Part shown: in pieces, positions 34,318-46,653 of the stretch | Position numbering within the stretch: the first letter of the stretch is position 1 | Layout: every line of letters begins with the position of its first letter | Assembly: GCA_031835245.2 (NCBI GenBank) | Contig: JAVKOQ020000071.1 | Location: 124,001 to 188,000, forward strand | DNA from: Balamuthia mandrillaris | Lineage: Eukaryota | Direction of reading: 5' to 3' | Length of the DNA stretch: 64,000 bases | Position numbers and translations under genes: made by a program | The notes under the pieces: model-generated | What the model saw: only the letters and a program-made list of their open reading frames with translations | Databases searched by the model: none | What the model was told of the DNA's origin: nothing

Positions 34318-37239
34318 TTACTTCTTGCCAAGGAAGAACTTGTTGATAAGGAAGATGGTCATGTTGACGTCCAGAGTGACCTGCTCGAGCTCGAGGTACT
34401 CCACGCCGTTGTAATGCCTCTCGAGGAGGTCGTCCAATTCGAGGGTCATCTTCTCCACAGAGATGCCAGCAATCTTGGCCACAATGTCAAACATGCCGAC
34501 CTCCTCCGAGGAGATGATAAACTGGGTCTTCTTCCTGCTGATGGCAGGCACCTCTGAGTCCACGATGACGCCCTTCTTAGCGAGATCCTTGTAGCTAAAC
34601 TTGAAGGGACCTACGATGGTCTTGTCGTCGGCGCCCTTCTTCTTCTTCTTCTTGGCCTTCTTGGGCTGGTAGTGCTTCTCGCGGCATTGCTGAAGAACCT
34701 CCTGGTATTGCGCGATCTGGTCGTTCACGTAGGCCTGATGCTTCCTCAGGTTGGCAAGGGTGGCGGTCAGCCTCTCAATCTCTCTCTTTTGTTGCTCGCG
34801 GATGGCGGCTCTGTTGGCAACCTCCAGCGAGATGTCATGCACAAAGCTCTCGTAGCGATCGCTTTTAGAGAGACGGCCCTCCTTCTCCAGCTTGGCGATG
34901 TTCTCCAGGATCTTGTTGATTTGGTTGGAGAGTTGCTTGTTGTTGGTCTCGCCGGCGAAGCGAATGCCAGACTCCAACACGTCCGTAAGGTGCAGGCGGT
35001 GAATGGAGGTCTCGATGGGGATGGTTCGCAGCACGGGAATGATTAACTCCTTCGTCTCGGCGTACATCCTCTCCACCTCGTCCTCCTCTTCCACCTCCAC
35101 CTTGAAGCGGTTAGAGGTGAGAGTCAGCTGTATTTCGCGGTCGTCAAGGTCATCTATCTCTGGGGGAGCCTCTCCGAGATCCTTTAGAATGACGCGAAGG
35201 TCGTCGTCCTTGTCGGGGGCGAGAGAGTCCAAGTTGTCCAGCAAGAGGTTGTGCACAGAGGAGATTTCATGGAGCGAGATTTGAATGAGGGGCTTGGTCT
35301 TTTGGGTCAGCTCCATGTACTTGTTGACCTGCAAGTAGTCCTCAGGCTCGTCTACCTTGACCAAAGAGTTGAAGTAGTGCTCCACTACGGGCTTGTTCTT
35401 CTCGATGAAGCTGTTCAGGGGCATCATGTACTTCTCTTGCTTGTTGAACAGACGGAAATTGAACAAATTCTGCAATACCTTGCCGACCACTACCAAGTTC
35501 TTACGCACGACAGGATCCAGCTCGCTGTCAACGACGTTGTAGGCGTCGGGGGTCACAATCGCAAGATTGATAAATCTATAGTACACAAAGTAACCGGTAA
35601 CCTTCAACACCTGATCATTGTCCAGTGCCTCACCAAAGCGTTCCTATTTTAAAACATAAACAAACGGGGTTAGCGGCATAATGACTGAAGAGTGAAGACG
35701 TAGGAGCAGGATAAGAACGTACGATGGACAAATTTTTGATTTGTTTACAAATCCAACGAATACCGTATGGCAAGTTGCCCATGGAGTTAATGACACCATC
35801 GAGGAAGACTTGGCAAATATCTCTGAGGGCGGTGAGTCTTTGCTTCATGATGGTCTTGACTTGCTGATTGGCCATTGCCTTCTCCTCTGGGATATTCCTC
35901 TCCAAGCTACTCTTTTCACCGGTACGAATCTCCATCTCGTTGATCATGTTTTGGTAGATCTAACAGTGGGGAGATAGTGTAAGTAACCTGCAAACAAGTG
36001 GAAAGCAAAGGTAAAGGGTAGAATAGGATTACGCACCAACAAGGGGTGAAGCTCGAGGTTAAGATCAGCCTTCTCCATGACCGTCTTCAAGAGAGGGCCA
36101 AGAGTGGTTTTGAGGTACTCCAGACCGAGTTTCCTACGGTTGTAGGTGATAACCATCTTGGGTACTACTGTGTTGGCCTTCAAGAAGTCGGAAAGGGCCT
36201 TGATGTTACTGATTTCGTTTTTAATGGCAAGCTGGAAGAGCTTGAGAATAAGGAACTCTTCTCTGGGCGAGAAGGCGTCTCCGTAAAGGGTAAGGATGGT
36301 TGTGTCCAAGAATGAGTCCATCTGCTCGGGCTGAACGCGGTAGACGCACTTAGCGAGGTATCGTGGTTCAGTCTGCAACAGATAGAACAGTTCCTGGTAG
36401 TATTCCAGCTTTCGCGGGTCTTTTTTGAGGTCGAACACCTCCCTTTCTTCTCCTTCCTGTCCCTTCTTCTTTTTCTTCTTCTTTTTCTCCATTCCCTCCA
36501 AGACATCCTATTGGTGTTGTTGGGATAACAATAAAATGGTAAGCAAGTCGAGAGAGCAAGGAAGAACAAAGAGTACAAGTGTCTCTGAAGTAAACTAACC
36601 ATAAGCGTTGTCCGGTTCTTGATCAACAGACCAATCCTCTTGTCCAACTTCTGAAGGTCTCTGTCGAGCACGTGGTTCCTACGGATTTCGATAACCAGTT
36701 GCCTCTTCAACTCTTGAATCTCTGTAATTTGCAAGAGAGGGAGAAGAGGTTACGGTAGGTTCACCGATAAAATCTCACAACAAACAAAAAAAAGTACCAG
36801 AGATCCAGTCGCCATCTTCTCCTTCAGGTTGGGACTGAAGCACCTCTTGGATTTCGGTAACGCTGAGCTTGCCTCTTCGCTTTCTGTCCTCGTTCTTCTC
36901 CGTTCTCCACAGTTCAAGAGCCTTCTGTTCCTTGAGGAACTTCCAGCGAACCATCTTGGCCAACAACACTCTTGCCTCCAGCAAAAGCAGCTGACAGTCG
37001 GTCTGTTTGGCGAGGAGAGCGGCCTCGGGGTCTGCCTCCCAGTCGACCACAGAGGTCTGCACGATGGCCTCCGCAGGGACTGGAGGAGCCACGGGCTTTG
37101 AGGCCGAGGCAGAGGAGGAGCCTCCAGAGGACTTCTTTTCCTTTTCCTTTCCATGCTCTGCCTTTCGCTTCCCAGAAGCGGTAGCGGAATCCTTACCGCT
37201 CCTGGATTTTGAGCTCTTGCTCTTACTTGGGGCACTCAT
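34318..37239 (-). CDS. IQGAP-related RasGAP protein (GRD + RasGAP_C; Dictyostelium GAPA/DGAP1-like)
   Basis: LDKRIGLLIKNR; YQELFYLLQTEPRYLA; LYGDAFSPREEFL; LPYGIRWICKQ; YYRFINLAIVTPD; RKNLVVVGKVLQNL; GPFKFSYKDLAKKGVI; LDDLLE; VNMTIFLINKFF. Confidence 0.9.
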
Positions 37240-37681
37240 GTTATCACTGTGCGTTTGCAGGAATCAAAGGTCGTATCCTGTTTTTTTTTTTTGTAACAGA
37301 AAAACAAAAAAAACAAATAAATAAGCGATCTACGTTTAAAAAAAACAACAACCACACATCACCAATCTAGAGAAAGAAAAGAGAGAAGGAAATCACATTC
37401 TAACGTACCAAAAAAAAAAACAACGATCAATCCCCACTCCCTGCACCACCAGTGGCCGCTAATTTATTTATTTTTTCACCGGCGAAACTCTTGCGCGCAG
37501 CGCCGCCTACTCTCCTCTTCCCCCTTTTTTTTTGGGCTTGTCGACAATCTTCTAAAAAAAGAAATTATGACCCTAATATGTCGGGCACCTAAAACCCCGA
37601 ACTCCAATCATAAGACAGCCATGACGTGGACCAATCAAAGCAATTTATGAGGCAATTAAGTTTAGCATGAGGGGTAATTTT

Positions 37682-40334
37682 TTAGGACTCGGATAATTCG
37701 CCCAAGAGATTGGAGAAAGGGCCGGGGAGGCCCTGCTGCGCGTCGATCGACTCCAGCAGGTTCTTCACGAGGTTAAAGTCCACGTCCACGGGGCGCAAGC
37801 TTTCTTCCGAATCAGCGGACCCGCCTCCTGTTTCACCCGCATCGAGGACTTTCTCAAAGTCCTCTGCCAGCTTGGTTTGCCGCAATTCCTCGTCCATTTG
37901 AGCCATGAACTGTCGCGTACTGAAGTTGGTGTCTTCCGTTTCTTCTTCGGAAGCTTCTTCATCCTCTTCGCCCAGTGCAAAGAAATCTTCCGGCTCTTCG
38001 TCCGAGCTCTCCCCATAGTCCATGTTGGTAGCTTCTACATCCAGCGCCTTTTGCATAACATCTATAAACTTGCCATAGTCCAGGTCAAATTCTTTGTCCA
38101 CCTCGGTGAGGTCTGTTGGAAACTCGGCTCCTTCGTAGTCCGAAATATGTTGCACGAACGATTTCATTCCGCCGACTACGCGTTGCAAAGACTCAAGATC
38201 CAACGCCTTGCCCTTGTCCCCTTTTGTTGCAGTTTGTTTCCGTCCTTGTACATCCTTCTCCAACTTCATCTCCTCTTCTCTCTGTTTGGCCCGTCTAAGT
38301 CTTTTCTTCTCTTCGTAGTCTTCCAATTCTTGTTGCTTCTTTTTAAGCAGTTGGTCGACTTCCTCTGGTGTCACGCGCATCCAAGAAGTATCGTCATCAT
38401 CAGTGAGTTCAGAGGTGAACGTGGCTGCAAAAGAAGTTCGCTTCCCTTCTTTATCAACATCCATTAAGGTATACTCTACTCGGGAGAGCAACTCGTGCAG
38501 CCGTACCACCGGGCCGTGTACCTCTTCCTCCAAGCTCTCGCCAGTTTCTAACTCCTCGTCAAAGTTTTGGTCTCCTTCGCCAAACTTGATCTCTAGAAAC
38601 TTTTGTTTGGCCACTTCTTCTCGGGCTCGATACCCCTTAGAACCTGGAAGTTGATCTTGAAAATAGTTAAGTTTTTCTAAGCTTTGTTTGTATGTCTTCC
38701 AATCTTTATCCGAAGAAAAAGGATAAGCCTGGTTGTGTGGAAAACATGTTAGCTTCATACATGTCAAGAACTTCACCTTTAAAAGAGTACAGTTCAACCA
38801 ACCTTAATTTCGGGAAGTTCTTGTGTCGTATTGTCTTTCACTCTATTTCTTTTCTCTGAGTGATACAGCATTTCAAATCCACATGCCTGGACATGGTAAA
38901 ACCACATTAGAACAACGTTCATTTAGATAGCAGAGAGATTAGGATGAGGGATAAAGGAATGAGCGTAGTATTCGTACCACTTTCATACCAAGCTCTATGG
39001 CAGCGTAATCTGGATGTGTTTCAGGAGGCAGCTGGAAACACTTAGGCGGAAAGAACTGTTGGGAGGTTACCTGAGCGTATAGACATTTTGTGAAGCGGAC
39101 CATTGTCATAATGTAGCCTTTGCCACGACAGCTCCTATCTGGCTGAATGCTAGAGACTTGTTTCTTTGTAACATAATCTCCCACTATGTTGCCGCAGACT
39201 CGCTCCATCTTGGAGCTCACAAACATGTCGTCCATGTCGCGATAGTAAAATGCTCTAACGATCGGGGCTATCAGCTGCGGGCATTGACGCAACAACAGAG
39301 CAACCTCCACTGGAACGTAGCATCGAGCTCTATGCACCTCGTGGCATTTTGCTGGATAACTAACAGATAAGATAAGATAAGATAAGAAGGAAATTAACAT
39401 ACCACAGACAGTGGAACCAGTAGCAATATACGTACTCTTCTAATCGCTTAGCTATCACCGCTTGAACTTCAGGACTGGCAACAGTGTTGACGGACAAGGC
39501 AGGATCGCCTATAAGTCTCAATGCCGTTGGTATGCTCTTTAGGATGGTTGGGATGATTGGAAGTTGCGCCGGCGTCTTGGGCAACGGGATTATGTGCAAT
39601 TGACCTCTTCTGATCCACACCTGGTTCCTTAAGTTAAAACCCATGTTTCCAACAATTGACATTGCGAAGAGAAGAAAGAAAGAAACGACAAGAAAGAAAG
39701 AAAGAGAGAAACGACAAGAAACGACAAGAAAGAAGGAAGAGAAGAAAAGTAAGAACAATGCGAATGAAGAAGATTCAAACAGAAGAGAAAAAACAAACAA
39801 ACAAAGAGAAGAGGTTACCCTGTTTTCAGAGTTTTCAGGTTTGAGCCAAGAAGGAATGGTCATGGCTGCTTCGATGAGAAGGAAATAACCATCGTTATCC
39901 ACCACACTGCATTCATATAAAGCCTGGTTGGTTTTGCTACGAAAAAAAAATGAGGCGAGAAAAACAAAAACAAACCTGATGATAGTGTTGGGAAACCGTT
40001 TGGAGACTTCGTAGAGCAGGAACACTATCATCCACTCATCTTCTATGTTGTCTCCAAACTTGGTCCTGCCGTGGAGGTGGGCGACATCTTGAGCGCCCGC
40101 CCCCTTGTGAACGCGCAGATGGAAGGGTTGGTGCTGCCAGATGTGCGCGGCGGTGAAAGGGGAGAGAAAGTCAAGAATCTGGGCGCGCAGGTCCGCCAGC
40201 CGCTGCGTGGAGGGCGCTTCCTCCTCAGGCTCCCAAAGGTAGATGCGGTATTCCACCCAATCCTCCTCCTCCCGCTCTCCTTGAGACCCTCTCCACGTTC
40301 CTCCTTCTTGTGCCCACGGACTTGCTCCGTGCAT
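37682..40334 (-). CDS. ECD: Ecdysoneless / hSGT1-family protein
   Basis: HIWQHQPFHL; HGRTKFGDNIEDEWMIVFLL; DNDGYFLLIEAA..IPSWLKPENSENRVWIR; PQLIAPIVRAFYYRD; FTKCLYAQ; ELGMKVACGFEM; PVDVDFNLVKNLLESI..QQGLPGP.SNLL. Confidence 0.92.
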
Positions 40335-40347
40335 TGTTCGTTTTGTC

Positions 40348-40422
<75 letters not shown>

Positions 40423-40822
40423 CCTCCCCTTTTGCTTTCTCGGCTCTTTTTCCTTTGTTGAATTCCTGAAATACCATTCATACTTTCCGCGCTTCGCGTT
40501 CCTATGATTTTTTGCATGGTTGGCATTCCGAGATCCAAAAAGCCCCAAAAATAAGCAATTATCGCTGCTGCTGCGCCGAAGAAGGAAGAGAGCGACACAA
40601 GCGGCCGTGTGCCCCAAAGCCCTGCGCTACGAGGAGGTTCAGCGGGGCCGTTGTTCCTCCTCCTCCTCGTCTTTGTTCGCGTTTTTTCATTCCTCGTGAC
40701 GCTGCGACGCATTGTCCAGGTTTGAAAGTCACCACAGCAGCAACATAGGCCTTTTTTTTTTGTAAAAACCGCACGGCTATTTGTGGTGTGCTTCGTTCTG
40801 CTGGCTCTACCTCTTCTTTGGG

Positions 40823-43800
40823 ATGGCATCTCACCTGAAACGACTCAAAGGTTCCATCAACAAGGGAACCAAAGAGGGGAGCTCCCCTTCCTCCTCCTCC
40901 AAACCCAATCCTCCCTCCACTGACAAGGTAAGCAACCAAGGAATAATTACAATCGGCTGTTACTTTTTTTTTCCTCTTCTTCGTTTTTTAATCGACTATT
41001 TTTTTCTCTTTAAAAAAACCTAATCAAATAGGTGCGTTTGAAGTGCTACTACAACGGAGAGATTACAGTCTTGGTGGTGGGGTTGGACATAAAGTATGCT
41101 TCCCTCAGGAAAAAAATCCAAGACACGTTTGGCAGGGGAGTCATCATCTACCAATACGAGGACCACGAGGGAGACAGGGTCACCGTTCACTCCAAGCAGG
41201 ACATCAAGGAGGCTTTTGGCATTTATGAGCGGCTGCTAGTCAAGCGAGGCAAGAAGCAGGGCTACGAGCCCTACTTGAAGGTCTTTCTGGCCCAGCGTAA
41301 CGGCACCGCGCCAGCTCTTTCTTCCTCTTCCCTAGCCTCCTCTTCCTCCTCCTCTTCCTCTACTGCTCAGCAACAAAGTACACCGGCAAACCCAACCGCA
41401 CCTTCTTCGTTATACTCTTCTAGCCACAGTAACAACATTTCCGAAAAGCGCCTCTCTTCTGACTTTGTTGCCAACGATACGGGTTTGGACATTGTCAAGA
41501 CGGGAAGCCCACCCACTCCAACCATGACGGATCATACAAAGAAAAGTAAAAAGGGCAAGGTGCGACGGCTGACCCCTTCGCTATCCAAGGTCAAGGACAA
41601 GGAAAGCGCAAATAGTAACAACAGTTTAGGCAGCAAGTCTCCACAACAGTCAAGAAGCAGCAAATTGCCAAAGAGGAAGAAGTCCTCTCTCACCAAACAA
41701 AAGCCCAGACTTACTGTACAAACGGACTTTTCTGTCTACGGGGAAGGGAGCCAAGACAGTCTGGCAGCCCAATTAGGAAGAGCGGACTGGGAATCGGACC
41801 CAAAGATTCTTTCTCGGAACTACACGCCTTCCAAGTCCGCTCTGCGAACTCCTCCTTTCCTCGAGGCCAGTGACTTTCCTTCTGGAGAGTTTGTTGTGCC
41901 AGCAGATCACAGCCACCGCCTTTCTCCCCCCTCAATTTCTTCCTCCTCTCCTTCATCCCTGTTTCCACCCTCTCCGGCCTTGCGGCAATCCTCTCAACCA
42001 CCCGCTTTGTCCTCTCCCGACAGCCATCTTCCTCCAACCCTCTTTCCAGTAACTGTAAACACCATCTCCGCAGACACTTTACTAACCGATCTGCACGTTG
42101 TTGAGCCACCGCCCCTTACCGCCCCTACCAGCCATCTTCCTAGTCTGTACCTGCCCTCTCCACCTCTCTCTGGCCCCTCTTCTTACAACCAAAGTTCTGT
42201 GTTAGTACCTCCATCTCCTTCTTCTCCTCGATTATCCTTGTCCAAAAAGAACAGACGAGCAAACCCAGACCCACCGCCATTGAATTCTCCTACCAGCCAC
42301 CTGCCCTCTCGAGCCCTCTCTCCATCTTCTTTATCGGAAATGCTGCTTTTCACCTCGGCTCCAGATACATTGCCACCGAAAGAAGAGGAAGCTGCTCTTC
42401 CCCCGATTCACACCCCAACACATCTGTCTGAAGCTGAAGACAGCGAGACCGCTGATGCTAACGGCCATTATCACAACTACGAAAGCACGGATGAGTACGA
42501 GGAAGAAGATGAGAGTGACTATACTGGAGAAAGCGAAGAGGAGGAAGGTAACGATGACGAAGACATTGATGAGGATGAAGTTGAGGATAAAGATGAAGAG
42601 GAGGAGGAGGAGGAGGGAAAAGATTCTCCCCCTGATTCTGATTCTGAGTATGAAGATGAACGCGCATTACTTCGCTCAAAACCCTCTATTCGCCGAAAGA
42701 ACTCCAAAAACAGAAAAAGTTCAAGGCTAAAAGGGAAACCTCTACAACAGCACTCCGGAGGTAATGGTCTACGGAAAAACACAACTACAAATTCAAGTCT
42801 CCAGAGATTACGGACGTCCTCTTCGGACGACCCGCTCTACCAACTTCAGCAAGCCGCAGTGCAGCGAGTGGCACCTTGTGATTGGTCCAAGGTTCGGTGG
42901 CAAAGAGGACCGTTGATCGCGCGCGGAGGATTCGGTGATGTATATATGGGATTTAAGGATGGCCAGTTCTTTGCCATCAAACAGATCGAACTGCAGCGTG
43001 CTGACGGGAAGTTCCTGGCCGCCATCCAACAAGAAATAGAAGTGATGAAGACCTTGAATCATCCGAACATTGTTAGGTACTTGGGCACATTGCAGCAAGA
43101 CAAGTTCATGAACATATTCCTGGAGTATGTAGCTTTTTATTCTCCATTCTTTCTTTGTGTTTATGCTTACTTTAAAATAGATTCATTCCGGGAGGCTCGT
43201 TACAAACCCTCATCTCCCGATTTGGTGCCTTGAATGAACGCACCATACGTATTTACACTCGTCAAGTTTTACTTGGCTTGGCTTACCTGCATGACAACAA
43301 CATTGTTCACAGAGGTAGCATTCCTTTTTTCTTTTTTTCTTTTTTTTTTTTCGCATTAATTGCTTCTTCCCACTAAAACGTATGTGTACATCAGATATTA
43401 AAGGTGCAAACATATTGGTTGATTTGGAGGGTAGAGCCAAACTTGCCGACTTTGGATGCTCAAAGAAGCTGGAAGGAGATCGTTTAGGCATTAACAAAAC
43501 CATTCTAGGAACCCCTTGGTGGATGGCTCCTGAAGTCATACGACAGTCTGGCCATGGCAGGTTAGTTGTTTTCATTTAACGCCATTTGTAAGGAAAAAAA
43601 CTCTAAGACGAACAAATGCCAAAACAAAGTCCTGCTGACATTTGGTCACTTGGATGCACGGTGGTGGAAATGGCAACGTCAAAACCTCCATGGTCTGAGT
43701 GCACCACTGTGGTTGCTGCTTTATGGAAGATTAGCTCCTCCGATAAGTTACCTGAAATACCTTCCAATCTTTCTGACGACGCGAAAAACTTTTTGCAAGC

Positions 43801-45407
43801 CTGCTTTAAGAGGTAGTTTGCCCCATTGTCTCTCTCATGAAGTCAAACGCGACTCATTGTTTTATAAAGAAATCCAAATGAGCGGCCCACTGCAAGAGAG
43901 TTGCTGAAACATCCATTCGTATCTGAGAGCGGAAAGTATGCTAACGGGGATCAGACCGAAGATATAGAAGAAACACTACAGGAGGATGGATATCTTTCCT
44001 TGGGCTCCCCACAGCTGCAACGAATTCATTCCATAGCCACATTTTCGAGCTCTTCCATGTTTTCTATACTTCCTAAGGAAATTGCCATGCACATATTTTC
44101 TTTCCTTTCAATGTCTGACATTGACTCCTTGGCACAAGTTTGTTCTCTCTTCCTTTTCTCTCTCTCTCTCTCTCTCTGTTTGACTAAATGATGCTTGGTA
44201 GGTTTGCAAGTATTGGAGCTTGTTGGTAACGGAATTGTGGCAAAGCAAGTGTGTTGCCCGTTTTGTCAACATAGGAAACAATTTAGGGGAGGCTGGAGAT
44301 GGTTCACCACGTCAAAAGAACTGGCGCAGAATGTTCCTCCAAGGCAACGCCGAACTGCATCGATGGGAGCAGCTACAAATCCCGGCTCAAACCCTGAAAG
44401 CCCACGCCAAAACCGTCTACACTCTGCAATTTATTGACTCCAAGCGATTCCTCAGCGGCAGTGATGATCGCAAGCTCAAAGTTTGGCATCTGGAGAAGGT
44501 GGCTTCCACGAACAGAGCCCGTTCCATCAAAGGCCATTCGCAAGGCATCTATTGCATAGCAATCAGCAAGACCACCAAGGCCTCTCGTTCCCGGATCATC
44601 TTCACGGGCAGCTCTGACAAGAGCATTAGATTGTGGGATGCTCACAAGTACAAACACCTCAAAACGTGGAGCGGGGCACACGACTGGGCAATAACTAGCC
44701 TCCAGCACCAAACCTCAGGAAGCAGAGCTCTGGTTTCCTGTTCTCTGGACACCACCATCAAGCTCTGGGACATTGATAGCGGGACCGTCATTCAGAGCCT
44801 TCGTGGCCACAAGAAAGGTATTTATTGCTGCAGGGTATCACCCAGCAACAGCAACATCCTAGCCACTGGCAGTGTGGACGAGACCGTTCGCCTCTGGGAT
44901 CTGCGGGTGGGCAGCAGTGGCAGTGGCAGTGGAAGTGATTCTTCTTCTTCCGCAGAGAATGACAAGTGCGTTCGCAAGTTTGTGGGACATGCGGATGAGG
45001 TCACCACCCTCTTGTTGGAACGCGGTGCGGACGGGTCCGAGGAACGTCTCATCAGCGGCTCCGGCGATTGTACGATACGATTCTGGGATATGGGCAGCGG
45101 GCGGAGCTGGCGCACGCTGGGTTCTGTCCAGCACAGCCCGGCAAGTCCACCAACAGTCCCTCAAGAGCCCGCCAACCCCAACCAGCATAGTCACTGGGTG
45201 TGGTGCTTGGGGATGGTGGGCGAGCATCTGTGGAGCGGCTCTCAGGACACCACCATCAAGTGCTGGGATGTCAACACGGGGGAATGTTTGAAGACCCTCT
45301 CCGGCCACAAGGGCACTGTCTTTTCCTTGCAGGCCAGCAAAGGGGTGCTCCTCTCGGGCAGCAAGGACCACACCATCAAGATTTGGCGTTTGCCTTCTCC
45401 CGAATAA
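40823..45407 (+). CDS. MAP kinase kinase kinase with N-terminal PB1 and C-terminal F-box + WD40 repeats (Dictyostelium MEKK-alpha/MkkA-like)
   Basis: PB1 ([10 protein letters not shown]...[11 protein letters not shown]); STE11-type kinase ([49 protein letters not shown]); F-box ([14 protein letters not shown]); about 7 GH...WD repeats to stop at 45407. Confidence 0.9.
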
Positions 45408-46653
45408 ATGAGAGTAAACTGAACCCTAAAACCGAGCAAAGAGTTGTTGAGACAGGCCTTCTTTGCGAGTCAGAAGAGTTTGGAGGGGATTTATGCTTGC
45501 TCTACGGGGAGGCACCCGAAAGGATAGCGGAACGCATTTCTTGGTCCTGGTCGTCAAGCTACATCCCCAGTTTTCTTGGCATTCCAACAAAAGGTGCTCG
45601 CAGTGAGGTAAATTGATGGTTTAAATGAATGAAAGGCCCCCCAAAATAAAAACAAAAATTAAATGAACGTAGCTGGTCGTAGATGAGCGCACAGGTTTTG
45701 GGTGAAGCAATAAAGAGGGAGGGGAGCAAAGAAAGAAAGAAGAAACCCAACAAAACTATTTGTTAATTTAGCTTTTCTTGCAAAAGGAACAGCAGAGAGC
45801 AAATCAAAAAAAAAAAGCGCAAGAGGAGGCGGAAGAGAGAGGAAAAGCAAAACAGGGTAGAAAGAGAGAGAGAGAGAGCAAATAATCCAACGGAAGCGAT
45901 CCAAAGGACCTTGGACGCTACCCCTTTTTGCTTTCTTGAGCGCTACCTTTTTTTTTTTGATCTTCTTCTTTCCGCTCCAACCATTCATTGCGAAGCGAAA
46001 AACACAACCGCTTTTTTTTTCCCTTTACAACAAAACAAAAAAATATAAAGGAAGGAAAAAAAAAATAACCGTCCTCCCCTTCCCATTCACAAACGGACAA
46101 CGGAACTACAACTGTTACTGTAGTAGCGACAGACAACCAATACTACCAACGTATGACTTCATACTCCCCTCCTCCTCCCCCTCCTCCTTCCCTCCTGTTC
46201 GTTCATTCTGCTGCGCACACAAACAAACAAACAAACAAATATTACTAACAACAGGGACATTTTTCGGATTGATCCAATCGATTGCAAGTTTGCTACGCGA
46301 ATACCTTCTACGCAACCACCTCTTTTTTTGTTGGTTCTGATGACGGATCAAGGAGAGATGGGCAAGTGGAAAAGCTATTCTGTTCCTCCACCTCCTCTGG
46401 ACACTGTTTGTTCCTTTGGAGAGGAAGCCAACGACCCTAGCGATGGGTGGACGTCTTCCTGGCTCTGGAACGGCCTGATGCACTGCCTCTTCATGCTGAC
46501 TTTCCTGCTCTCCTTCCTCTTCTTGGATGCGGAGGATTTTCACTCGGTGGCGTGGCTTGACCCCAAGAGAAGAAAGGAGGTGGAGAGGGAAAGGGAAAGG
46601 GGTGTGGTGGCTGCTCTGGTCAACAACAGCAACGAGGCGGCGGGTCAAGAGCA

